NCBI GenBank assembly: GCA_044230415.1
Contig: JBGARE010000001.1
Location: forward strand, 433,195-497,194
Reading direction: 5' to 3'
Length of the DNA stretch: 64,000 nucleotides
DNA from: Kofleriaceae bacterium
GTDB lineage: Bacteria > Myxococcota_A > Polyangia > Haliangiales > Haliangiaceae
The notes below the pieces were generated by a model that searched no databases, had not been told where the DNA came from, and saw only the letters and a list, made by a program, of their open reading frames with translations. The position numbers were made by a program, and so were the translations under genes. This document shows, in pieces, positions 46,833 to 57,700 of the stretch (position 1 is its first letter; the number at the start of each line of letters is the position of its first letter).

Positions 46833-48257
46833 ATGGACACCCAGCTGAAGCTCCTCGGCAATCAAGCGCCCGAGCTAGCCCCGATCAAGCACATCAAGCC
46901 CAACGTCGATCCGTCGACGTTGTTCCATCGCCAGCTCCTCGATGGAGCGTTCTGGCAAAAGATTCCGGCCTATCGCCTCGTCGACGAAGCCACGTTCCTC
47001 GACCACACGTGGCAGGCGAAGAACACGATCACGAGCCCGCAGAAGCTCCTCCAGGCCGTGCAGGATCTGGTTCCTCAGAGCTTTTACGACGACGTCTCGC
47101 AAGGGTTCGCCGTCGCGCCGATGTCGATCCGCGTGTCGCCGTATCTCCTCTCGCTGATCGATTGGTCCAACGCGTACACCGATCCGCTGCGCCGTCAGTT
47201 CGTGCCGGTCGCCTCGCGCCTCCTGCCGGATCACCCGAAGTTGACGCTCGACTCGCTGCACGAGCAAGCGGATGCACCGGTCCCCGGGCTCACGCATCGC
47301 TATCCCGACAAGGCGCTGTTCCTCGCGCTCGACACGTGCCCCGTCTACTGCCGGTTCTGCACGCGCAGCTATGCGGTCGGCGTCGACACCGACGAGGTCG
47401 AGAAGGTGTCACTCAAGGCGACGGAAGAGCGGTGGGAGCGCGCGTTCCGCTACATCTCCGAGCGCCCCGAGCTCGAGGACATCGTCGTCTCCGGCGGTGA
47501 CTCGTATCAGCTCAAGGCGCGGCAGATCACGCTGATCGGCAACAAGCTCCTCGAGCTGCCGAACATCCGGCGCATCCGGTTCGCGACCAAGGGTCCGGCC
47601 GTGATGCCGATGAAGCTGATCACGGATCACGAGTGGCTCGATGCGCTGACCGCTGTCGTCGAGCGCGGACGCAAGCTGCACAAGGAAGTCGTGCTCCACA
47701 CGCACTTCAACCACCCGAACGAGATCACCGCGATCACCAAGCGCGCACTCGACAACGTGTTCGAGCGCGGCATCATCACGCGCAACCAGAGCGTGCTCCA
47801 GCGCGGCGTGAACGACGGCATCGCGACGATGCAGCTCCTCACGAAGCGCCTCGGTCACTGCCAGGTCCAGCCGTACTACGTCTACGTGCATGACCTCGTG
47901 AAGGGCGTCGAGGATCTGCGGACCACGCTGCAGACGGCGCTCGATATCGAGAAGGCCGTGCGTGGAACCACCGCGGGCTTCCACACGCCGACGTTCGTCG
48001 TCGACGCACCGGGTGGCGGCGGCAAGCGCGTCGCGCACAGCTTCGAGCACTACGATCGCGACACCGGCATCTCGGTGTTCGCAGCGCCGTCGGTGAAGCC
48101 GGGCTACTTCCTCTACTTCGATCCGGTCGACACGCTCGAGCCGGAGTACCAGGCGAAGTGGAAGGACAAGGCCGAGCAGGACAAGATGATCGCGAAGGCG
48201 GTCGAAGCGGCCAAGGCACAGATGGACGCCACCGCGCGCGCTTCGTCGGTCCGCTAA
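46833..48257 (+). CDS. kamA: KamA-family radical-SAM aminomutase (lysine 2,3-aminomutase-like)
   Basis: CPVYCRFCTRS is the KamA-type CxxxCxxC. The PLP/SAM region reads IVVSGGDSYQL, followed by FATKGPAVMP and the VHDLVKGVEDLRTT block. The refined ATG (MDTQLKLLGN...) has a GAGGT RBS. Confidence 0.9.
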   Translation: MDTQLKLLGNQAPELAPIKHIKPNVDPSTLFHRQLLDGAFWQKIPAYRLVDEATFLDHTWQAKNTITSPQKLLQAVQDLVPQSFYDDVSQGFAVAPMSIRVSPYLLSLIDWSNAYTDPLRRQFVPVASRLLPDHPKLTLDSLHEQADAPVPGLTHRYPDKALFLALDTCPVYCRFCTRSYAVGVDTDEVEKVSLKATEERWERAFRYISERPELEDIVVSGGDSYQLKARQITLIGNKLLELPNIRRIRFATKGPAVMPMKLITDHEWLDALTAVVERGRKLHKEVVLHTHFNHPNEITAITKRALDNVFERGIITRNQSVLQRGVNDGIATMQLLTKRLGHCQVQPYYVYVHDLVKGVEDLRTTLQTALDIEKAVRGTTAGFHTPTFVVDAPGGGGKRVAHSFEHYDRDTGISVFAAPSVKPGYFLYFDPVDTLEPEYQAKWKDKAEQDKMIAKAVEAAKAQMDATARASSVR

Positions 48258-48787
48258 CTGCGATACGGGTCGCTGTCCTCGGGCGCGAGGTCGGTGAAGT
48301 TCATGACGCCGCCTTGCGCCGTGCGCGGGAACACGACCATCCCCTTGATGATCGTCGTCGAGTCGTTGATGAACCCGGGCGTCATGTTCGGCGGACCGCT
48401 GTCGATCGTCACGCCGATCACACTCCCACCTGGATCGTAGCGAATGCGAAACGTGACATCGCCGCTGACGCCGTGTTTGGCGCGCGTGTGACGAAGCGGT
48501 CCTTTCACTTTGCGCAGCGTCTCGTCGAGCTCGTCGAGACGGCGCTGCTCGAGCTGCGGCGTGACGCCGGGAAGTGCGAGCAGCGTGCTCGGCGAGCGGC
48601 GATTGCCACACCGGACGCACGTCGCGAACGGATTGTTCGCGGCGATGATGATCCAGGGCAACACCCAGAGCCCGCCGGTGAACACCGACAGCACCAAGTG
48701 AAGGACGTGGTTCGGCGTCGGTTGGTTGTGGGGCGTGAGCTCGCCGCAGACTCCGGTGCACTGGAGTTGGATCTGGCGCATGCTCAT
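48254..48787 (-). CDS. Hypothetical membrane protein with a split zinc-ribbon around a hydrophobic hairpin (LITAF-like arrangement) and a C-terminal beta-rich domain
   Basis: CTGVCGE...(HVLHLVLSVFTGGLWVLPWIIIAA)...CVRCGN is CxxC, a hydrophobic segment, then CxxC. The C-terminal part reads DVTFRIRYDPGGSVIGVTIDSG. Confidence 0.45.
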   Translation of the reverse strand: MSMRQIQLQCTGVCGELTPHNQPTPNHVLHLVLSVFTGGLWVLPWIIIAANNPFATCVRCGNRRSPSTLLALPGVTPQLEQRRLDELDETLRKVKGPLRHTRAKHGVSGDVTFRIRYDPGGSVIGVTIDSGPPNMTPGFINDSTTIIKGMVVFPRTAQGGVMNFTDLAPEDSDPYRS

Positions 48788-48805
48788 GGCGAACGCAGTA
48801 TATGA

Positions 48806-49603
48806 CTAACGGCAGGACGTGATGGAGAGCTGCATGCCACCGCCTGCTTGGCTGTCCTCGCGTGCTTTCGTGTACAGCGTTCCGGTCGTGGTCGTCGGGA
48901 CGAGGAGGAGCGAGAGCTGCATTCCGTCGATCCAGTTGCGCGCCTCGGTGATCTGACTCGCCACGAGGTCGATCGGAACGAACAGCCGGTCTTGCTGTGC
49001 TTCGATGTCGATGACGGTGACGTCAGCGAGCGACACCATGCTGCGATCGGTGGCGCCGTCCGCCCCTTGTGCCATCCACATCGTTCCCGTGCCGGGACCG
49101 CCGAGCTGCTTGCGCATGCACCACGCCGCGCCGATGTTTCCGGTGTTCTGTCCCTCGTTCCAATCGTTGTTCGCGGCGAAGATGGAGAATTGCATCGCGG
49201 AGCTCGGACAAGGCGCCGCACAAGCGTCCGGCTTGAGAGGGATCGTCAGCGTGCCGCTCTCGAAGCCGCCGCCGGGCGCGAACGCCTCGACCATCTCGGA
49301 CAGGAGCGCGAACCGCACGAGGATCCGCGAGCGCGTCGACGCGGACGCCGGCTGCCCGAGGTTGACGTTGATGTAGCCGCCGAAGCGATTGCCGGGATCA
49401 CACGCGCCGGTGTTGTCGCGGATGAGCATCGTGTCCGCGACAGCGACGACCGATGCCGTGCGCCGCGTGCATGGAGGTGGTGCGTCGATGTCCGGCGGTG
49501 CATCGACCTCGGGCGGAGCATCGGGGGCAACGCGGTCGCCGAGCCCGTAGACGAGATCGCATCCGCTGATCGCGAAGAGTACCAGCGGGAGTGCGGATCT
49601 CAT
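48806..49603 (-). CDS. Lipoprotein, hypothetical (265 aa)
   Basis: The refined start MRSALPLVLFAISGCDLVYG has the lipobox AISGC. A PPEVDAPPDIDAPPP linker follows, then a Cys-containing domain. The track ORF extends to 50029 through Arg/Leu-rich artefact sequence. Confidence 0.55.
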   Translation of the reverse strand: MRSALPLVLFAISGCDLVYGLGDRVAPDAPPEVDAPPDIDAPPPCTRRTASVVAVADTMLIRDNTGACDPGNRFGGYINVNLGQPASASTRSRILVRFALLSEMVEAFAPGGGFESGTLTIPLKPDACAAPCPSSAMQFSIFAANNDWNEGQNTGNIGAAWCMRKQLGGPGTGTMWMAQGADGATDRSMVSLADVTVIDIEAQQDRLFVPIDLVASQITEARNWIDGMQLSLLLVPTTTTGTLYTKAREDSQAGGGMQLSITSCR

Positions 49604-49629
49604 CTCGATCACTCTAGTACCCTGGCGGC

Positions 49630-51874
49630 CATGGGTGGAGCGAAGAAGGGCAAGACTGCGAAGAAGGCGCCGGGCAAGACAGCTAGTAAGACAGCGAAGC
49701 CAGCCAACGCGAAAGCGAAGCCCGCGAAGACTGCCAAGGCCCCGCCTCCAACGCCGCTGCCGAGCAATGTTCCGAAGGCGCTCGCGGCGAAGGTGGAGAA
49801 GGCCGCGAAGCACATCGATGGGAAGTTCTGTTACGGGCTCCCGCACTACGACGTGTCGTCGAAGATGAAGTTCGATCTCGTCGAGCTGGGCGACATGGAG
49901 CTGTTCGAGGAGAACGAGGTCGACGCCGACGAGTGGACCGGGTGGATCCCGTTCGCGACGCTCGGCAGCGAAGCGCAGTTCCTCGCGATCCACACCGAAG
50001 CGCCGTATCGCGTCGGCATGTGGGAGCACGAGAACGGCAAGATCTACGACGTGTGGGCATCGCTCGATGACTTCACGGGGCGCGTGCTCGCGAGCAAGAA
50101 GGACAAGACGCCGTACGAGCTGCTCGACAAGGTGATGGACAAGGCGAGCAAGCTCGTCGATGACGACAAGGATGCCGAAGCGCTCGCGCTGCTCGAGCCG
50201 GCGATCGCGAAGCTACCGACGGTGTCGACGGACAAGCACGACGACCAGCTGTCGCGATTGAACAACCTGTGGGGCCTGTCGCTGAAGGGCGTGAAGCGCT
50301 ACGAGGAAGCGCTCGCGGCGTTCGAGCGCGCGGCGAAGGCGGGCGAGGACTACGCGGTCCTCAACATCTGCGACATCTTGCTCGAGACGATGAAGGAACC
50401 GAAGCGCGCTCTCGAACGCGCGGAGGCGATGCGCGAGGGGTACTTGACGCCGTACGAGCGCACGTGGTCGGCGATCTACATCGCGATGGCGTCGCTCGAT
50501 CTCGGGGATCCCGCGCGAGCGGAGAAGGAGCTGCGCGACATCGTCGAGCGCTACGCGATCAAGGACGCGAAGATGGTCGCGACAGCGCGCGAGAAGATCG
50601 AGGAGTACGTCGAGGAAGGCCGTGCGGGCAAAGCGGCGGCGGAGACGTACCTCGCGTGGCTGAAGCCGAAGTCGTACGACGACATCTCGCCCGCCGATGC
50701 GAAGGCAAATCGCGCGTGGTGGACGTCTCTCGACAAGACGATGCAGGAGAAGCTCCTCGAGGAAGTGAAGATCGAGGATGTCGAACCCGATGCCGCCACC
50801 GACGCGCACATCGCGCAGTGCCTCGATACCGAGGAGTGCGACGTGGACAATCGCGACAAGACTTCGATCGACGATGTCACGCCGTTTCTGCGGCTGACGA
50901 ACGCGCGCCGGATCAGCTTCTACGGCGATCCCGATTCGGTGGAGCCGTTTCGCGCGCTGTCGAAGCTCGAGCGACTCACGATCAACAACGTCGTGATCAA
51001 AGACTTCAAGTGGCCGAGTCGCGCGCAGCGCGATCTGTGGAACGCCGCCGCGAAGGCCGACAAGGCTGGGATGGAGAAGGCGCTCGCCGCGGGTGCGGAC
51101 ATCGACATGCACAGCCACGATTGGGGCAAGACGGCGTTCCAGCTGATTCCGTTTGGCGACGAGCATCGTCCGCTCGCGCTATGGCTCGTCGAGCAGGGCG
51201 CCGATCCGTTCGCGGGCAACCACGGCGATGGCGACAGCTATCAGGTCACGTGGTGGCCCGAGGACATGAAGAAGCGCGCGTTCGCGGCGATGAAGAAGTT
51301 CGGTCATCCGCCGATCGAGGACTCGCCGTGGCGAAAGTTCGATGTCGGTCGCGGGCAGCGCGCCGCGAGCTTCGATTCGCCCGACTTCCGGATCGAGGAC
51401 AAGGACTTCGACGATGGCGACTCGCTCGTCGACGAATGGCCGAAGGACGCGACGCTCCAGATGGAGCCGCCGAAGAAGGACGACAAGATCTACGACGTGA
51501 TGCGCGTGAAGTACGACGAGGCGGTCGTGTCCGAGAAGGTGGCCGAGGTGCTGCGAACGGATCCCAACATCGAGCTACTGCCGGTGACGCTGATCCGCCA
51601 CGACAAGAAGCCGGTGCCGGGCACGTGGTACTTCGTGAACCCGCTCGCGAAGGACTGCTTGATCCCCGAGAAGTGCAGCTTCCAGTGGAATCACATCAAC
51701 CCGGACAGCGCGTCGAACATCTGCAGCTACGCGATCGATGCGAGCAAGGTCGGCGATGCGCAGATGTTCCGTCCGACGATCCTGAACTCGCGGCCGATGA
51801 TCGTGACGAAGGCGATGGCCGACAAGCTCGCCGCGTTCGGCGATTGCGTGCGGATCACGACGCTGAAGCGCTAG
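49630..51874 (+). CDS. Multi-domain protein with a Lys/Ala-rich histone-H1-like N-terminal tail, a SUKH-1 (SMI1/KNR4-like) domain, a helical/TPR-like region, LRR-like and ankyrin repeats, and a C-terminal immunity-protein-like domain
   Basis: The start MGGAKKGKTAKKAPGKTASKTAKPANAKAKPAKTAKA is low-complexity and basic. The SUKH-1-like block is WTGWIPFATLGSEAQFLAIHTEAPYRVGMWEHENGKIYDVW. Ankyrin repeats appear as AAAKADKAGMEKALAAGADIDMHSHDWGKTAFQLIP...LVEQGADPF. The C-terminal 130 aa (WYFVNPLAKDCLIPEKCSFQWNH...) looks like an immunity-type domain (DUF1629-like), but that is a tentative recollection. Confidence 0.7.
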
Positions 51875-52859
51875 TCTCGAAGTCGATCACGCGGACCGCG
51901 CCCGTCGGCTCCGTCCACAGGACGAGCTTGGCTTGGCCGTGCACCGTGATGCCGACCTGGAGGACATCGCCCTTCTGCACGCCCGCAGCGCGCCACGGCA
52001 GCGTCACGCTGTGAGCGCCCGCGCGAACGAGCACCAGGCGCTCGCCCGCGAACAGCACCTCGGCGGCGACCATGCGCGGCGCGACGACCGGGCGCTCGAT
52101 GCGCGGGACCCACAGTCGCGTGACGAGGTTCGCGAGCTGCGCCGGTGCCGACGGCGGCAGCGCGGCATCGATGCGCTCGCGCAGCGACGTGCAGTCCTCG
52201 CCAAAGCGCTGGAGGAACGCCGCACCCGCGGCGCGCGTGATGGGATTCGCCTCGCGATCGTCGAGGATCTCGAGCGCGACCTCGACGCAGCGGCGAGGCC
52301 CCACGCCGATCTCGAGCAGCGCGAGCAACGCGAACGGCGAGATCGGCGAGGTCTCGAGCGCTTCGAGGTAGCGCGCCTGCAAGGCGGGCACGTGGATCGC
52401 GAGCGCGGCGAGCGGACGATCGAAGCGCGCGATCCATCCGAGGATCTCGTTCGTGTGATCGGCGATGATCCGGTGAAGGCGATCGCGCACCGGCGCCTCG
52501 AGGGTGTCGGCGGAGGCGACGTACTCGGCGATCAGCTCCGCGATGCGCTCGGACAGCGGCGAGCCGCGGCGAATGAAGTCGAACAGGAACGGCACGATCG
52601 TGACTGCGACCGGATACAGCACGCGATGCCGGAGTGCGTGGCGCTCGAGCACCGCGAACGCTTCTTCGATCTCTTCGGGGTGGTTCGTGTAGAGCTGCGC
52701 GTGGCGGAGGACCGAGAGCGCGCTCGGCACGTTCGCGTGCGCTCCGATGCTTCCATCCGAGGGACCGAACGCTCCGCGCAAGACGCCCCAGGGGAGCTCC
52801 GCGACGGAGTGCTCGATGTTCGCGACGTCGACGCGGCCGGTGGCACCGAACCTACTCAT
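51855..52859 (-). CDS. Hypothetical helical protein
   Basis: A 330-aa ORF with good codon bias and no recognised motif. It is convergent with the previous gene and overlaps it by 20 bp. The start was chosen at MSRFGATG. Confidence 0.45.
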   Translation of the reverse strand: MSRFGATGRVDVANIEHSVAELPWGVLRGAFGPSDGSIGAHANVPSALSVLRHAQLYTNHPEEIEEAFAVLERHALRHRVLYPVAVTIVPFLFDFIRRGSPLSERIAELIAEYVASADTLEAPVRDRLHRIIADHTNEILGWIARFDRPLAALAIHVPALQARYLEALETSPISPFALLALLEIGVGPRRCVEVALEILDDREANPITRAAGAAFLQRFGEDCTSLRERIDAALPPSAPAQLANLVTRLWVPRIERPVVAPRMVAAEVLFAGERLVLVRAGAHSVTLPWRAAGVQKGDVLQVGITVHGQAKLVLWTEPTGAVRVIDFETSASAS

Positions 52860-52980
52860 CACCCGGGAATGTAGAGCAAGCCCCCGGCCAATCAACCGGC
52901 AATGTGTGAACGGCCATTTGGATCACTCCGCAGGGGCCTACAGGCCACAGCAAGGTGGCAGGTCGGCTAGTCTTGCCGCC

Positions 52981-54057
52981 ATGAAGCGCTGGGCAACGAT
53001 CGCAGTGGTCGGGATCTTCCTCGGATGCGGCGGAAAGTCTCCACCGCCGATGGCGCCTGCACCTGCTCCCGCTCCCGCCCCGGTCGCCACCTGCGCCCCG
53101 ACCGTGGCGCCGCCGGCCGAGCTCGACGAAGCGAAGCTGTCCGAGCGCAGCAAAGCGCTCTACGACGCGATGGATGCGAACGACGTCACGCGGTTCTTGA
53201 AGCTCGCGGGGCCGGCGCTCGTGTTGTTCGAGGACGGACGCAGCTTCTCGTCGTCGATGCTCGTGCAGCAGATGTCGAGCCGCGTCGAGCGCAACCTGCC
53301 GCGGCGGACTCGCACGTGGAAAGAAGAGCGCGCGTACCTCGGACCGAACGTCGCCGTGTTCGTCGGGCTCGCCGTCGAGGTGCTGCCCACCGAAGGCGGG
53401 AAAACGACGGAGTTCGAGGGCTGGAACACCGCGGTGTGGGTCAACGATGGCACCGAGTGGAAGGCGTCACATCTGCAGTGGCAGCCCGGTGGCATCGAGG
53501 CCGAGCGCTCGATGTGGAACGAAGCCTTTCGCAAGCAGATCAGCTTCAAGACCACGCCGAATCAGCTGCTCGTCGACACGATCAAAGGCAAGAAGACCGG
53601 CGCCGCGCTGGACGTGATGATGGGGCAGGGCCGCAACGCCGTGTTCCTCGCGACGAAGGGCTGGAAGGTCACCGGCGTCGACATCTCCGACGAGGGAATC
53701 CGTCAGGCGAAGGAGGCCGCGCAGAAGAAGGGCGTGCAGCTCACCGCCGTCCAGGCCGACATCGAGAAGTTCGACTTCGGGACGAACAAGTGGGACCTCG
53801 TCACGATGATCTACGCCGGCAGCGACGCGTCGACGGTCGAGAAGATCAAAGCGAGCCTCAAGAAGAACGGCCTGTTCGTCGTCGAGTACTTCCACGCCGA
53901 AGGCACCGCGGGCTCCGGCATCGGTGGCTTCGCGACGGGCGAGCTCGCCGCGAAGCTCGAGGGCTGGAAGGTGCTCAAAGATGAAGTCGTCGAGGACGTC
54001 TCCGATTGGGGCCTGCGCAAGATGAAGCTCGTGCGCTTCGTCGCGCAGAAGCCCTGA
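52981..54057 (+). CDS. Lipoprotein with an NTF2/SnoaL-like N-terminal domain and a C-terminal class I SAM-dependent methyltransferase (TehB/TPMT-like)
   Basis: The refined start MKRWATIAVVGIFLGCGG has the lipobox FLGC. The linker APAPAPAP follows. The methyltransferase domain shows motif I ALDVMMGQGRNAVFLATKGWKVTGVDIS and motif II LVTMIYAG. Confidence 0.75.
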   Translation: MKRWATIAVVGIFLGCGGKSPPPMAPAPAPAPAPVATCAPTVAPPAELDEAKLSERSKALYDAMDANDVTRFLKLAGPALVLFEDGRSFSSSMLVQQMSSRVERNLPRRTRTWKEERAYLGPNVAVFVGLAVEVLPTEGGKTTEFEGWNTAVWVNDGTEWKASHLQWQPGGIEAERSMWNEAFRKQISFKTTPNQLLVDTIKGKKTGAALDVMMGQGRNAVFLATKGWKVTGVDISDEGIRQAKEAAQKKGVQLTAVQADIEKFDFGTNKWDLVTMIYAGSDASTVEKIKASLKKNGLFVVEYFHAEGTAGSGIGGFATGELAAKLEGWKVLKDEVVEDVSDWGLRKMKLVRFVAQKP

Positions 54058-54067
54058 ATCGCCCGGG

Positions 54068-54781
54068 CTAGGTCGACGACCAGCCCATCGCGAACTGATC
54101 CGCGTGCGTCGCGCACTGATGCACGTACGCGAGGCCCGAGTCGCCGAAGTCGACGATCTCGCCGCCTTGCAGCTGCAGCACGAAGCGCATCGGCTGATCG
54201 CACTTCTCGCAGCTCGGTGAGCTCGCGCTCTGGATCCAATCGGCCCATCCGCCGAGCTTGGTCCTGCCATACGGTCGCTGCTCGCTGTTCTGGACCGCGG
54301 ACATCTCCTTCGCATTCAGCTTGGCCGCGGCGTTCTCGCGCAGGTCCTGCCAGCCGGGCAGCTCCGGTGCCGCGTCGAAGCCGACGATCCGCTTCGCCAG
54401 CGAGAGGTGCGCGGGTGCATCACTCGCGCGTGCGGCGCCCTTCTCGTCGATCAACCGGACGAGCTTGCCGTCACCGTCGGGCGTCGACGTGTAGCCCTCG
54501 TCGCACGACGAGCGACCGCAGTGGAAGATCTGCGCGACCTTGCCCTTCGGCACGACGATGCCGCCGGCGGGTGCGTCGTCGGCGCGGAGCTGCAGCAAGA
54601 GCTGCATCGGCTTCTTGCAGCTCTTGCACTTCGGCCACTTCGATTTCGGTGCGAGCCACGCGACGCCGCCGATCTGCGACGCGATCGTCTTGCTGTCGCC
54701 GGTCTCGGTGCGGGGAACATGGCGCGTGCGAGCGAGGCCCGCGAGCTTTGTTTCGAGTCGTGCAGTGCGATCGGCGTTCAT
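54068..54781 (-). CDS. DUF1963/YwqG-like family protein
   Basis: The signature repeats twice: GGVAWLAPKSKWPKCKSCKKPMQLLLQL and GGWADWIQSASSPSCEKCDQPMRFVLQL (GG-x-W-x6-P-x-C-x2-C-x2-PM-x-F/L-Q-L). The start codon directly abuts the stop of the upstream ankyrin gene, indicating an operon. Confidence 0.75.
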   Translation of the reverse strand: MNADRTARLETKLAGLARTRHVPRTETGDSKTIASQIGGVAWLAPKSKWPKCKSCKKPMQLLLQLRADDAPAGGIVVPKGKVAQIFHCGRSSCDEGYTSTPDGDGKLVRLIDEKGAARASDAPAHLSLAKRIVGFDAAPELPGWQDLRENAAAKLNAKEMSAVQNSEQRPYGRTKLGGWADWIQSASSPSCEKCDQPMRFVLQLQGGEIVDFGDSGLAYVHQCATHADQFAMGWSST

Positions 54782-57700
54782 CTAGACCTCCAGGAGCTCG
54801 AGCAGATCGTGGTCGTAGCGGGTGTGATCGGCGGCGGTCTTGCCTTCGTTGTCGCGCAGGCCACGGTTCGCCCCGGCGGCGAGCAAGAGCTCGATCGCCT
54901 TCTTCTCGCGGAACCGCGCGGCGTGGATCAGCGCGGTGGATCCGTCCTCGTCCTGAAGATCGAGGTTCGCGCCTTCTTCGATCAGCAGCTCGACGCAGGC
55001 CGGGTTGTCGACGGCGCACATCAGCGCGGTGCGTCCGGCCGAGTCCTTCGCGTCGACGTGAGCGCCGCGCTTCAGCGCGAGCACGATGTGCGCCTTGTTG
55101 CCCGTCCACGCGGCGTTGATGGCGCACTCCGCGACGGACGCGCCGCGATCGAGGAACAGCTCGAACACCTTCTTCGACTTCGCGGCGGCTGCGTTCTGCA
55201 CCGGTGTCGATCCGGTGGAGTCCTTCTCTTCGAGCTCGCACACGTCGAGGAACTTCTCGACGAGCGCCATCTTGCCGGAGCTCGCACTCTCGGCGAGGCA
55301 GCCGGCGACGGCCGCCTTTCGCGCGAGGAAGAAGTCGACGATGTCCTCGTGACCGCGGCGTGCCGCGAAGTGGATCGCGGTCGCCTTCTTCTCCGTGGTC
55401 GCGTGGATGTCCGCGCCGTTGTCGACGAGCCACGTCACGAGCGACAGTGCATCGTCGCTGTCTTCGACGAGAGCGGCGACCATGAGCGGCGTCTTGCCGT
55501 CCTCGCTCGCTGCGTTGACGCTCGCACCGAGCTCGACGAGCAGCTTCGCGACGTCCTTGTCCGGCGTCTCGAGTGCGCGGCACAACGCGGTCTTGCCGTC
55601 GTCGCTCCGGGCATCGAGGTTGTCGCCGTTCGCGAGGCACAGCGCGGCGATCCGCTTTCGCTCCGCAGCCTTCTTCGGCAGCGCGTCGCGTTCGATCATC
55701 GCGGCGATGCACCCGTCGAGCTTCGCGCCCGCGGCGACGAGCTTGTCGAGGAGCGCGAACTGCTGCTCTCGGGCTGCGATCTGCGCGACGGTGCGATAGC
55801 TACGCGCGTTCGGATCGGCGCCCGCGGCGAGCAAGCGATCGACAATGGTCCAGTAGCTGTAGCCTGCGGCGCGCAGGATCGGCGGCTCGGCATCGGCGGA
55901 CTCCGCGAGGCTCGGATTCGCGCCTTGTGCGAGGGCGAGGTCGAGCGTGGCGAACTGATCGTCGCTGCCGGTCGCCGCGCTGGCGAGCGCCGCTTGCGGA
56001 TCGAGCAGCGTGATCGTGCGGCCCTCGCCGACCCAGGTCTCGATTCGCTCGCGTATCGAGTAGCTCGTGCCGTCGACGGGCGCGCCTTTCGCGAGCAGCT
56101 CCTCGACGAGGCCGGGAAGATCCTCGGCGTAGTCCACCGCGCGTGCCACGAGCGATGCGCCGGGCTTTCCGGTCACCTTCGTTCCGCGATCGAGCAGCAA
56201 GCGCACGAGCGCGGCGTTGCGTGACGACAACGCCGATTCGACGATCAGCGACTCGCCGTGGAGCTCGTTGGGGTCGAAGCCGGCATCGAGGAGCGCGGTC
56301 ACGATCTCGATGTCCTCGCGCCACACCGCGCGCTGGAGCGTGCCGTTCGCGCGCGGCTTCGCGCCGGCGGCGATCAGCGCCTGGACCGCGGCGAGCGTGC
56401 CCGATTCCGCGGCGCGGTACAGCGGCGTGTAGCCGTACTCGTTCAGCACGCGATCGACCTCCGCACCCGCGGCGACGAGCGCCGCGATCGACGCCGGCTT
56501 GCCCGCAGAGGCGGCGAACTCGAGCGGCTCTTTGTAACTGGGCAACGGCTTCGTGAACCCGTGCACCGGCGCGAGACGAGCGATCGTCTCGGTGTCCTCG
56601 TCCTCGATCGCGCGCTGCAGTGCGACCGCCGGATCGACATCCGCGGAGCGCTTCCGCATCAGCGCGACGACGTCGCCGCGGCGTGCTTCCTCGGCGAGCG
56701 CGAACGCGGTGAATCCCGTGCGATCGGCGAGGAACGGCGCTGCACCGCGATCGAGCAACAGCTCGACGATCGCGAGGTGGCCCATGTCCGCGGCTTCCAT
56801 CAGCGCGGTCCAGCCATCGTTGTCGGCGGCGTCGATGTCAGCACCCTTGTCGAGCAACGCGTGGACGATCGCGAGGCGGCCGTACTCCGCTGCTTCGTGC
56901 AGCGCGCGCCGTCTGTCGTCGTTCGCGACGTTTACATTGACCGGGCGCTCCAGCATCGCGAGGACCTCGGCATCCGTGCCGCGTCCCGCGAGCGCGATCA
57001 GCTCGACGAGCTGCAGCGTCGCGCCGCGTGCCTCGAGGAGCGCGGCGACGTCGCGGTGCTTGTTGTTGGTCGCGATGCGATGCGGGACGTTGCCATCCTT
57101 GTCGGCGAGGTTCGGATCCGCGCCGTGATCGAGCAGCACGCGCACGTTGTCGAGGTGCCCTCGATCCGATGCGCGATGCAGCGGCATCCAGCCGTACTCA
57201 CCGGGTGCGTTCGCATCGGGTGCGATCTCGAGCGCTCGCGTCATGCGCTCCGCGTTGTTGCTGTTCTGCGCGACGCCCATGACGATGCCGCTCGTCGTCG
57301 GATCGCCGAAGCCACGGTCCGCGAGTAGCTCGACGACCTCGATGTGACCGCCCGCGCCCGCACGGCGGATGGCGGTGTAGTCGTCGACCTCGTAGCCTTC
57401 GCGGGGGCCGGGCTCGGTCGCGCCGCGGTCGAGGAGCAGCTCTACCACCTCGCGGTGACCGCCGCGCGCCGCTTTGCGCAGCGCCGTGTCCTGATCGTAG
57501 CTGTCGTCGACCCAGTTCACGTCGGCGCCGCGGTCGAGGAGCAGCTCGACGATCTCGCGGTTGCCTTTCTCGGCAGCGGTGATCAGCGGCGGCTTGCGCG
57601 ACTTCGCGTTCATCGCGCCGCGATCGAGGAACAAGCGCACGAGCTCCACGCTCTCGCGCTCGATCGCGCGCTCGAGCGGCGAGTCGCTGTACGAGCGCGA

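Noticed and set aside
52747-52980. 78-aa N-terminal extension of the lipoprotein–methyltransferase ORF
   Set aside because: The extension lacks a signal peptide. The internal Met at 52981 gives a textbook lipoprotein signal (FLGCGG), so the longer form is unlikely.
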